Origin: Heterodontus francisci | Lineage: Eukaryota | Length of the DNA: 64,000 bases | Assembly: GCF_036365525.1 (NCBI RefSeq) | Contig: NC_090374.1 | Coordinates: forward strand, 14,797,168-14,861,167 | Direction: 5' to 3' | Shown: positions 23,472 through 33,349 of the stretch, piece after piece | How the letters are laid out: every line of letters begins with the position of its first letter | Position numbering within the stretch: position 1 is the stretch's first letter | Notes under the pieces: model-generated | Databases searched by the model: none | Told to the model about the DNA's origin: nothing | What the model saw: only the letters and a program-made list of their open reading frames with translations | Program-made: the position numbers and the translations under genes

Positions 23472-25537
23472 TCACTGTGAGGAGGGAGTGGAAGTGCACC
23501 TGGCCCTCCACTCCCCCAGCAACCCATTGAGGAACACATTAAAACGGCGCCTCTCAACCAGTTTCACGTCCGCGCGCTTGCCCGCTATCTTAAGGGCGGC
23601 ACGGACGGACTGGATGATCAGCGCCAGATTCGACCAACGGTCGAGGGCCAGCTGAACTTTATTGCGGCAACCTCTGCAAGCCGCGAGGAAATCCCGGAGT
23701 TCCGCCGTGGGGATGAGAGGAGATTCGGTGGGAGGCACGAGGGACTCCACCACCTCACTGGCGATGGAATCAAGATCATCCTCCGTGCCCCGCACCGAAT
23801 CCCCATCCTCCTCCGGGTCGTCACCGCCAGCGGCCGACACATCCACCACACACTGTGGGGCAGACGTCCCGGCCGCGCCAGCTGGTCCCGCCTCCGTCAC
23901 GATCCCACCCCCAGGATCAATGGCGGAGGAGTCCTCTCTGGGTTCTATTGTGAAACTGGAGCCTGTAGGCACCAGCGGTTCAGGACCCCCCTCCACCTCC
24001 ATCACCCAGGCCAATGAGTGGTCCAGGGGAGACAGAAGTTCCGGACTCCGGGAAACCAGCCGGAGCCAAGACTGGAGGCGGCGAGAGGAGGCCATCTCCC
24101 GCTCCGCCAGCACCCACAGGCCCAGCAGATGGGGCAGCATTCTCAGTTATAACTGGGTCGGGTGTCTCCTGGTTGGTGGTGGACTCCGGCTGGGAGGCCC
24201 GACCCTCTGGGGCCTCGCCCTCCCCTTCATTCAGGGCACCCGACCCAGTAGCAGTGGCGGAATGGGCGGTTTCCCCAGGCTCCCCCACCACAAGCAGGGC
24301 CCCACTTACTCCTTCAGGAGGGGCCTCACGTACCGGGGCCATCCCCTCCCCTCCATCCTGAGGAATAGGGAGCACCTGCCCGGACTTTGCAGCCTTGGTG
24401 GTGGCGGTAGGGGGAACCTGAGGACCAGAAACAGGAGGCAGCTCCCCTCCAACAGATGGGCCCTGCACCTCAGGGCCCTGTGTTATTTCTGTGGAGGGGT
24501 GCCTTCTCCTCTTTTTCGCATTTGGGCGCGGAGACTCAGAGACCTCCATGTCATCAGAGGCCTCCGCCTCCGCACCCTTTTTTCCCTTTTTAGTCACCCT
24601 GGGCCTGAGCCCAGCCCTGGGACAGGTGGATTCCATGGGAATGGGCTTTGGGCTGAGCTCAGGCTCGGGTTGAGTCAAAGTGGCCAGGGGACGCGCCTCA
24701 CGATGTTTCTTTTTTTCCCCGCGTCTTCCTTCCGCTCGGTCGGACGCTCCCCTCCCCGCCAGAGGCTGTGAAAACCACAGCCTCCGGAACCGACTGAGCG
24801 GTGTCTGTTGGATGTGTGGGGGGAGTGGGAGGAGGTGCTGTGGAACCACTCTGGGCCGCCGAGGTGGAGCTGGCGGCCGGGAGGTTGGGGCAGTTCTTAC
24901 GAACATGCCCCACCCCCTTGCAGACGTGGCACCGCGCCCCGTCCGAGGTCCAAAAGACGCGGTAGGCTGTCCCCTGGAACTCCACATTAAATTGGCCCTC
25001 CGTGTCCTCCTCCCATGCCAGCTGCATAAATAACTGGCGGCGGAAGGAGTAGACATGTTGGAGGCTGTGCTCCCGAAGACCAAGCCGGACTGGGGTGATC
25101 CCCGACCTCACCTCCCCCAGATGGTGCAGGTGGGGGAGGAGGAGCTCACTGGGAATGAAGGGTGGGACGTTGGACAACATTATCCGATGCGCAGTGGCCC
25201 CCAGAGGGTCCACTGGCAGGAAGGTCCCCCCCACAGTGAGCCCTTTACTCAGGGCCAGGGACACCGCCCGCTCGGTCTTCAAAAAGAACACAGCCTTCCC
25301 ATACATCTTTGAGGCCGCAACAATGGCCGAGGGGCCGACAACCACGGCCATTGCCTTAACGCAGGCCTCAATAGACATGTTGGGGTGGGGATAGCTCTTC
25401 ACCCCATGGCTGCATGTCAATAATTTAAAGGGTGACGGGGCCACGTGGGCAGCCACAGAAGCTGCAGCTGCGTAGATAGTAGAGGGCCCCGCCACCGGTG
25501 ATGAAGGGCTTGCCATGGGTCTAAGAGCTAAACCCAC
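23472..25537 (-). pseudogene. Tx1 ORF1 (gag-like, CCHC zinc knuckle, long low-complexity linker), two frameshifts
   Basis: ORFs 24698..25537 (ASKMYGKAVFFL, LSNVPPFI, VYSFRRQLFM, CHVCKGVGHVRKNC), 23980..25083 and 23472..24140. Confidence 0.85.
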
Positions 25538-26194
25538 CCCAAATTGTGGACTTGCACACTAAATAACAGCGACTCACAGAAAAATTTGAAAAGACAAACA
25601 AACAAACAACAGGTTAGTGGAGAGGCTGAGGTAAGAGAGGAGAGGCAAAGGCAGGCTGGAAGGGATGACTTGCTTTCTGGAGGTGGTGCTCACAGTACAC
25701 TTAAAACAAACAGTCTTTGAAGTTGGTCTTCCGGTCCTCTGGTTGGGGGAGTCGTCTTCACCTGGGTCAGCTGAAGCTGCCCAGGCACTATCTATCCCCT
25801 TCCGTCTGTTTAGCTGGGCAGCTTCAGCTGACCCAGGCTTGGCAATTGGGGTGGGGAGGGAGCTTTCCTGTGTGCTTTTGCAGCAGCACAGATTCCTGCT
25901 GAATTGGCAGCCCCACCCCTTGTTGTTCCAGCCACTTGTTCCTCCCCCAACAGTCCAAAGTAAATTACTGGTGTTCAGCACCCACCTCCAGACAAAGCCT
26001 TGTTTCCAAAAAATGTCCCTTTCTTCTCTTTAATGGAGACTGTTGTTGGAGTTTTCCTCTGCTTGTTGGTAGCTGCTCTCCCTTGCTCAGTGCAGCTCCT
26101 CTCTCCACCTCTGCAACCTCCAACTGCCACCAGCACTCTCAGCTGCACCTCGTTGAGGCTCTCAACACTCAGGTTCCCAAATCAGAGAGCAGCC

Positions 26195-26325
26195 AATCCC
26201 AGTGCTGTCCCTGTCCTGGAAGTGTTTGATGGGACAGTGTAGTGGGGGCTCTACTCTGTATCTAATGCGTGCTGTACCTGTGATGGGAGTGCTTAATGGG
26301 ATAGAGTAGAGGAGATTTATTCTAT
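26195..26325 (+). repeat. ~67-bp satellite monomers, right part of the array split by Tx1 copy 2
   Basis: gtgctgtccctgtcctggaagtgtttgatgggacagtgtag…actctgtatcta; units start at 26202 and 26269. Confidence 0.85.
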
Positions 26326-26650
26326 TTTTTGATGAGGTAAGAGAGACAGTTGATGAGGTTTGTGCGATTGATGCGGTGCACGTGGATTTCCAAAAGGCAT
26401 TTGCTAAAGTGCCGCATAACAAGCTTGTCAGCAATGTCAGAACCTACGGAATAAAAGGGACAGGAGCAGCATGGATACAAAATTGGCGGAGTGAGAGGAA
26501 ACAGAGAGTAGTGATGAACGGTTGTTTTTTCAGACTGGAGGAAGACATTCTCAAGGGGTCAGTGTTGGAACCCCATCTTTTCCTGATATATATTAATGAC
26601 ATCGATGTGGGGGCACAATTTCAATATTTGTGGATGACACAAAACTTGCA
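26326..26650 (+). mobile_element. CR1 RT fragment
   Basis: ORF 26376..26672 DFQKAFAKVPH, KGSVL, YINDID. Confidence 0.75.
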
Positions 26651-26749
26651 ATTTCTGTGCTGCAGTAATTAGAAGATGTAGTCAGCAGGGCAGCTGCTTA
26701 ACTGGAACATTCTCACAGCTGTTAAGCTGGAAAAACCCTTCTCTGGCTG

Positions 26750-27220
26750 TTCTGCCCCTCTCACTCTCTCACCCCTTTTAAGGTAGAAACTTGTCAGGTT
26801 GGGGTGTCAGTCAGGTGACTAAGGCCTCTCTCCTCTGGGATGATTCATACTATGTTCCAGGATATGGGAAGCGTTGTTCTATGAAGGTATATAAATGTTG
26901 TCTATTCTGATGAAAAGATGTGACTTCATACCTATGGCTGCAGAGTCAGTCTGTCTACAATAATCTTTGTTACCTCCATTCCTGAAGATTGGAGGGGGTG
27001 CATGGAATGGGGTGTTTTTCAATTCAAATTCCCTAACGTTAATTCAGATGTGGATAATGGGTTTCATCTTGAACAGACAGAAATGTTTATTGACAGCGCA
27101 GGAGGGGGTCACCTGACTTCTTCAATTTTGTCTGTGGCATAAATGTGCCCATTTGTAGTTCAGATCAGCAGTTTGCTTTTATGTCATAATTCCTCCCGTT
27201 CATTTCATATTTCATCACCG
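26750..27220 (-). mobile_element. LTR fragment related to the 53111-54615 LTR
   Basis: Shares gagtcagtctgtct, gggggtcacctga and tcataattcctcc..ttcatt with 54350-54610; a second piece lies at 27725-27850. Confidence 0.5.
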
Positions 27221-27370
27221 TTCCCTTTGTGAGCAACACTAATGTATTCTGTGTAATTTACCATCATCTTTGCACTGGAAATGAAGAAACACTTTGATCA
27301 ACTTCTGTATTTTGGAGTTAAGAGACACGAAGCAGCGAGTGAGAAGGACGAAACACCGGAGAGTTTGGTG

Positions 27371-27431
27371 ATGAGGTTTCTCTACGTTTGGCTTTCTGCA
27401 GTCCTGCTCTCGGTCTCGGTGCGGGGTTACA
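27371..27431 (+). CDS. Candidate signal-peptide (leader) exon of the Siglec-like gene
   Basis: ATG then MRFLYVWLSAVLLSVSVRGY, followed by phase-1 donor A|GTAGGT; lies in a non-repeat, CpG-containing island; phase fits exon 58532. Confidence 0.55.
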
Positions 27432-28010
27432 GTAGGTGCTTTCCAACAACTGTTCAAATTCATTTTGTTAGCCAATTGCCATTTTTATCATTTCACTACA
27501 GGGTCGCGATTGGGAGAAAGTCCAGGGGAGCGACAGTCAGAGTCAGAGAAACGGGGAGGGGTGGAGTGAGTATCAAGTTTCCAGCTGGACACAGGGATAT
27601 CATAATTAACCACTGTATGGCTCAGGGAATTAGGTGTTTTTAGAAATGATAAATGATGCCAAGGAGAAACTGCAGAAAAGACTTCCTAGAATGGTGCAAA
27701 GGATGAGGAATCAGTTAAGTGGAGTGTTACAGACAGGTGGTAAGTGGTGTGGTGGCTTCCACTTTTCACCTCTCAACTAACCGCAGTCATGTTTTGTTAA
27801 AAATGGTGCCTTAGTCCCTGAGGTTTTATTGCAGGTTAAAAATGAAGATAACGTAAAAGTTATCTCTCTGGAGAGAGAGGGGCAGAGCAGCCTGAGAAAG
27901 TCTTTTTCAGCAGAACAGCTGTGAGAATCCTTGGAATACTATACAAAACTTCACTACTCCTGTAATCAAATCCTCTTGCAATAAAGGCTAACCTACCATT
28001 AGCCTTCTTA

Positions 28011-29777
28011 ATAAAAGCAAAATACTGCGGATGCTGGAAATCTGAAATAAAAACTAGAAATGCTGGAAATATTCAGCAGGTCTGGCAGCATCTGTGGAAA
28101 GAGAAGCAGAATTAAGGTTTCAGGTCAGTGACCCTTCATCAGAACTGGCAGATATTAGAAATGTAAACCGTTACAAGCAAGTAAAGCGGGGGTGGGGCAA
28201 GAGACAACAAAGGAGAAGGTGTAGATAGGACAAGGTCACCAAATAGCTGACCAAAAGGTCACGGAGCAAAGATTTGTTAATGGTGCATTGAAAGACAAAG
28301 CTTTAGTACAGAAAGGGTGTTAACGGACTGAAAATTGAACAGCCACAAGTACAAACATGAAAAAAAAAGTGGGTATGCAAACTGAGAAAACTAAGATGAA
28401 ATAAAATAAAATAAACACAAAAGAATATATATTAAAAAAAATAAAAAATAAAAAAATAACTAAAAATAAAAGTAAAATGGAGGGCCCGTCATGCTCTGAA
28501 ATTATTGAACTCAATGTTCAGTCCGGCAGCCTGTAGTGTGCCTATTCGGTAGATGAGATGCTGTTCCTCGAGCTTGCGTTGATGTTCACTGGAACACTGC
28601 AGCAATCCCAGGACAGAGATGCGAGCATGAAAGCAGGGGTATGTGTTGAAATGGCAAGCAACCAGAAGCTTGGGGTCCTGCTTGTAGACTGAGCGGAGGT
28701 GTTCTGCAAAGCGGTCACCCAGTCTGCGTTTGGTCTCCACAATGTAGAGGAGACCACATTGTGAGCAGCGAATACAGTATACTACGTTGAAAGAAGTACA
28801 AGTAAATCGCTGCTTCAACTGAAAGGAGAGTTTGGGGCGTGGGATAGTGAGGAGAGAGGAGGTAAATGGGCAGGTATTACACCTCCTGCGATTGCAGGGG
28901 AAGGTGCCGTGGAAAGAGGATGAGGGGGTGAGGGTAATGGAGGAGTGGACCAGGGTGTCACGGAGGGAACGATCCCTTCGGAATGCTGATGGGGAAGGGA
29001 GGGGAAATGCGGTTGGTAGTGGCATCACGCTGAAAGTGGCGGAAATGGGGGAGGGTGATCCTTTGGATATGGAGGCTGATGGGGTGGAAAGTGAAGACAA
29101 GGGGAACCCTGTCACGGTTCTGGGAGGGAGGGGAAGGGGTGAGGGTAGAGGTGCAGGAAATGGGCCGGACACGGTTGAGGGCCCTGTTAACCACAGTGGG
29201 GGGGATTCCTCGGTTGAGGAAAAAGGTCATATCAGTAGCACCGTCATGGAAGGTAGCATCATCAGAGCAGATGCGTCGGAGACGGAGAAACTGGGAGAAT
29301 AGAATGGAGTCTTTACAGGAGGCAGGGTGTGAAGAAGTGTAGTCGAGGTAGCTGTGGGAGCTGTGGGAGCCCAGCCTCCACAAGAAGCCAAGTTTGCAGT
29401 CCAATAATGTTTTAGAAATAGTTTGTGTGTCACTTCAAAATAGTCTGGAGAAAATGTCATTAAATGGAGAGTTTTAAGCATGGGTTTATAATGGATATTA
29501 GTAGACAGCCTATCCCCAGTGATGGAGACAGAGAAGTCGAGGAAGGGAAGGGAAGTGTTGGAGATGGACCATGTAAAGGTGAGAGAAGGGTGGAAATTAG
29601 AAGCAAAGTTGATAAAGTTTTCCAGTTCGGGGCGGGAGCAGGAAACGGCACCGATACAGTCATCAATGTACTGGAAAAAGATTTGGGGAAGGAGGCCTAA
29701 ATAGGACTGGAAGAAGGAATATTCGACATATCCCATAAAAAGACAGGCATAACTAGGACCCATGCGGGTACCCATAA
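28011..29777 (-). mobile_element. Penelope-like element (RT and GIY-YIG endonuclease), 5'-truncated
   Basis: GTRMGPSYACLFMG, YIDD (29227..29775); SQFLRLRRICS; NVVYCIRCSQCGLLYIVETKRRLGDRFAEH (28489..29172). Confidence 0.9.
28105..28148 (-). ncRNA. Minimal hammerhead ribozyme motif in the Penelope terminal repeat (probably degenerate)
   Basis: Minus strand: ccagttCUGAUGA-agggucacugaccu-GAAA-ccuuaauucug. Confidence 0.6.
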
Positions 29778-29964
29778 TGGTGCCCTGCTGACGACATCTT
29801 CCAACAACTTCAGAAGAGAAATTTCAAGGTGATTTTGGGATTCCCCATCAGTGAAACTAAACCAGGAATTTCCCAATTGACTTTGGATAGAGGCTTAACC
29901 AAAAGGAGCCTGCAACACTTCATCCTGTTGTTTTAAAACAGTTCCTGAAATGGTTGCAACCTTT

Positions 29965-32900
29965 AAACCTTTAACCGGTAAAACCCACACATTCCCAGGA
30001 AATGCATTATTTCCCTCTGAGTTTTGGGAATGGGGAAATCTACCAGGCCTTGCACTTTTCCTGCCCTTGACAACACCTGACCTTGGCCTAGAATGTGACC
30101 TAAATAGCTTACTTTAGCCTTAGTGAACTTGCTCCTTGCTAAATTGGCCTCCAGGTGAGCTGTCAGTAAACCCTTCAAGAGTTCCCTTAAATGGTTCAGG
30201 TAGTCTTCCCAAGTATCACTGTAAACTAATAGGTCATCCAATTAGATGACACAGTTGTTTAAACCAGCTACCGCCTGGTTCATGAGTCTTTGGAAAGTTG
30301 CTGGGGTGTTCTTTGTATAAGGCATCTTTGTACATTGGTATAAGGCATCGGGGTGAGAAATTCTGAAATTTCTCTTGCTTGGGTGGTCCTGGGGACTTGC
30401 CAATATCCTTTCAATAAGTCAATTTTACTAATGTAGGTGAAGCTTCCTACTCAGTTAATGCAGTCCTCAATACGGGGGATTGGATAGGAATCTGTTCTTG
30501 TTACTGATTGACTTTGCTGTAGTCATTGCAAAGTCTGGTTGATCCATCTGGTTTGGTTGCCAATACAATAGGGGAGCTCCAGCTGCTTTGGCTGAGTTCA
30601 ATTAAATCCAGCATTTATTTGATTTCTGTGATGACCTGAGCCAGTTTGTCAGGGGTCAGTCTGCATGGGTTCTGTTTTATTGGTGGTGTCTCTCCTCCAT
30701 CTACATCGTGTATTGTTAAAGATGTGCAACCCGGTTTGTCCCTGCAAATTTCCTCGAACTCCCTTAGCAGTGTTGCTAGGTCCTGTCTCTGCTGGTCAGA
30801 GAGATAGTTGAATATGGTGCCTAGTCTGCTTAATATTTCTGTATTTTCCAATTTTATTGTGGGGGCTTCGATTTGAGAATTTTCTGGATTTTCTTCCTCG
30901 CCTAGTTTGTCTTCACTAGTGCTGTCTTTCTCTATTGCTCTTACTGTTTGGCATACACTTACTGGCCTATCTGGTTCCTGGCTGTGGTATTATTTTAGCA
31001 TATTGACGTAGCAGAGTCTTTTCTTTTTTCTCTGGTCTGGGGTATTAATTAAGTAATTCATGTCACTGACCTTGTTCCTAGACTGTATGGGCCACTGAAT
31101 CTGGATTTTAGAGGTTCGCCTTGCAATGGTAACAGTACCAGAAGCTGATCCCCTGGTTTAAATTCACGGGCTGCGTTTTTTTTTTGCCTGCCTGCCTTTT
31201 CATGGTCTGAGATTCTTTCAGGTGTTATTTTCTTACAGCACCGACTTTAAAAAGTCTCTCTCGAAAAGTGGACACGAAATGTAGTAGTGAGGTTTCCTCC
31301 CTATGATTCAGGAATTTTTCTTGAACCAGTTTCAGCGGGCCTCAAAACCCAATTCAAATGGGCTGAAGTCTGTGGATTCATTTGGTGGATCTTTGGTAAC
31401 AATCGGCAAAAAGAAAATTTCTTTATCCCAGTCATGGGGGCAATCACAGCACAATGCCCTGATCATGGTTTTCAGGGATTGATAGTATCGTTCCAGAACC
31501 CCTGGAGACTGTGGGCGGTATGCTGAAGATTTCAACTGTTCGATACCAAGGTTGTGCACTTGGAATGTTGGGGAAATTAGTTCCTTGGCTGGACTGAATT
31601 TCTTTGGGCAAGCTGTATCATGTGAAAAATGGTGTCAGACCCTCAACTCGAGCTCTGGAAGTAATTTTTCTTAAGGGTATGTCTTCTGGGTGGCCATATC
31701 CATGATGCTTTGAAGGTATTGGTAACCTGTCCGAGTTTTAGTCAGTGGTCCCACACATTCAACCAGAAGTCTGCTGAAGGGTTCCTCAAAAGCAGGGGTA
31801 GGGATTATTAGAGTAGGTTTGATTGTGGGTTTGGTTTCCCAGCAAGTATGGCAGGTCTTGCAAAATTTAACCACCTCCTTGTGGATTTGAGGCCAGTAAA
31901 AATGTTGGGTCTTTCTGATAGCCACGTGCCCAGTGTTATGACTGAAGCGGGAGGAGTGCACTGTTAATTCAGTCCCACTTCTCCATAGGTCACAACATAT
32001 ATGTAAATTTTCCCACTTACCGAAGCCATCAATCAGATACTCGATGTTTCCCCTAGAATAAAGCACACCAACCAGGTTTCTTTAATAAACAACTAAATTA
32101 TCTTTTTATTCTAAACCAAGTCTTAATCAATAATGAAGTAAAATGTACGCACAAATGGAAATATTAAAGCCCCTTATTTCATCCTAGCCCTCACGCATAC
32201 ACATACATACACAACTGGTTAACCGGCAAAAAAAAGGATTTTTGTTTACAGCTGTTACAAAGAAATAAGAGGAATAAAAAAAAAGTTTGACTGAAAAGAA
32301 GGTATGGATGTCCTTTGCTTTGGCGAGGTGTCCCAAAGGGGAATAGGCAGCTGTCAATGGAATCTTCCTGGAACAGTTTTTTCCAGGTGATATTCATGAT
32401 TAGTCTGGGTAGGCATTCAAAGAGATGCAGCTACAGAAGGCTTCACATAGGTCTTGCATCAGGTGTGCAGCAACAAAGGTTTCAATTCTCACACGTTTGA
32501 TGCAAAGTTCCTTTAAAGATGCAAGGTTTCTGCAAACATGCCGGATTTCTTCAAATACAGGAGGCAACACTTGACACAGGGTTTGCTTTTCAAGAGAAAG
32601 ATGGGCTGCTTGATCTTCTGCTCTCCTGGCAGGTCAATAAGCAAACTCCAACTGACTGTTTTTAACAGATCAAAATGAAACTAAAACCTTTTCACAAACA
32701 AGCCTTGTGACAACCATAAATATTGAATTGTCATTTCCTTGTAAATAGCTCTTCAGGTCAAAACACAAGCCCTGCTATGTTTACTTGAAATCACATGTTT
32801 TCCAGTACTTGTTTACTCGCTGAAACCAAGAACCTTCTTTTGATCTTCCTTTTTTTTAAAACAACCACAAAGTTCAGCCTCTTCATGATTCCAGATGAAT

Positions 32901-33310
32901 CAGTGTCCACAATCCAACTATAATTTCTTAAAATATATTGTACAAAGAAAAATAGAAGCACTCACGTAACACCAGCCATAGGGATTTCATGGACAATCCT
33001 CAGAATCTCCCTACAATGTTTAGGCGGAGTACAATTTGGTGAACCACTGTCAACCCCTCCTCTGTAGGTCACTGCGGAGGTCTCCATTTTCTTATTATTA
33101 ATCCATTTTGAAGTAATAACATTCAGGCATCTTCTCAGCCTCTGCATCAGAACAGGCTGTCTGCTCTATTCTTTTTTAACTCAGGGTCTGCCTGCTGGGC
33201 TTTAATTGAAGATTTACTGTATACTTCCTTCTCTTTCCCCAAGTCTCCAAAAATTTTCAGCCAGTCAGGCCTCAGGCCTGACTTTGTGGTTCAGCTTGCT
33301 CTGTTGGATC
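29965..33310 (-). mobile_element. Decayed Gypsy pol fragment with integrase upstream of RT (Gmr1 order)
   Basis: IN: REILRIVHEIPMAG/GHV, CKTCHTC, SSAYRPQSPG.LER (31300-33100); RT: IKQNP.R, DDLLVYS, YLGH, FLGMCGFYR (29965-30850). Confidence 0.8.
31934..32971. mobile_element. Solo LTR with 4-bp TSD
   Basis: TGTTATGA…TCACGTAACA flanked by ccag on both sides (31930-33, 32972-75); interrupts the integrase zinc-finger coding sequence. Confidence 0.85.
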
Positions 33311-33349
33311 TTTTTTAGCCATGTACCTAGTTCCCATACAGTCAGGGAA

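Larger units (their letters stand above)
19579..26193 (-). mobile_element. Tx1-clade LINE copy 2: apparently full length, few disabling mutations
   Basis: 5' UTR, ORF1, 32-nt spacer, ORF2 (EN-RT-Cys-rich), 3' UTR with AATAAA, poly(A); CpG-rich. Confidence 0.92.
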
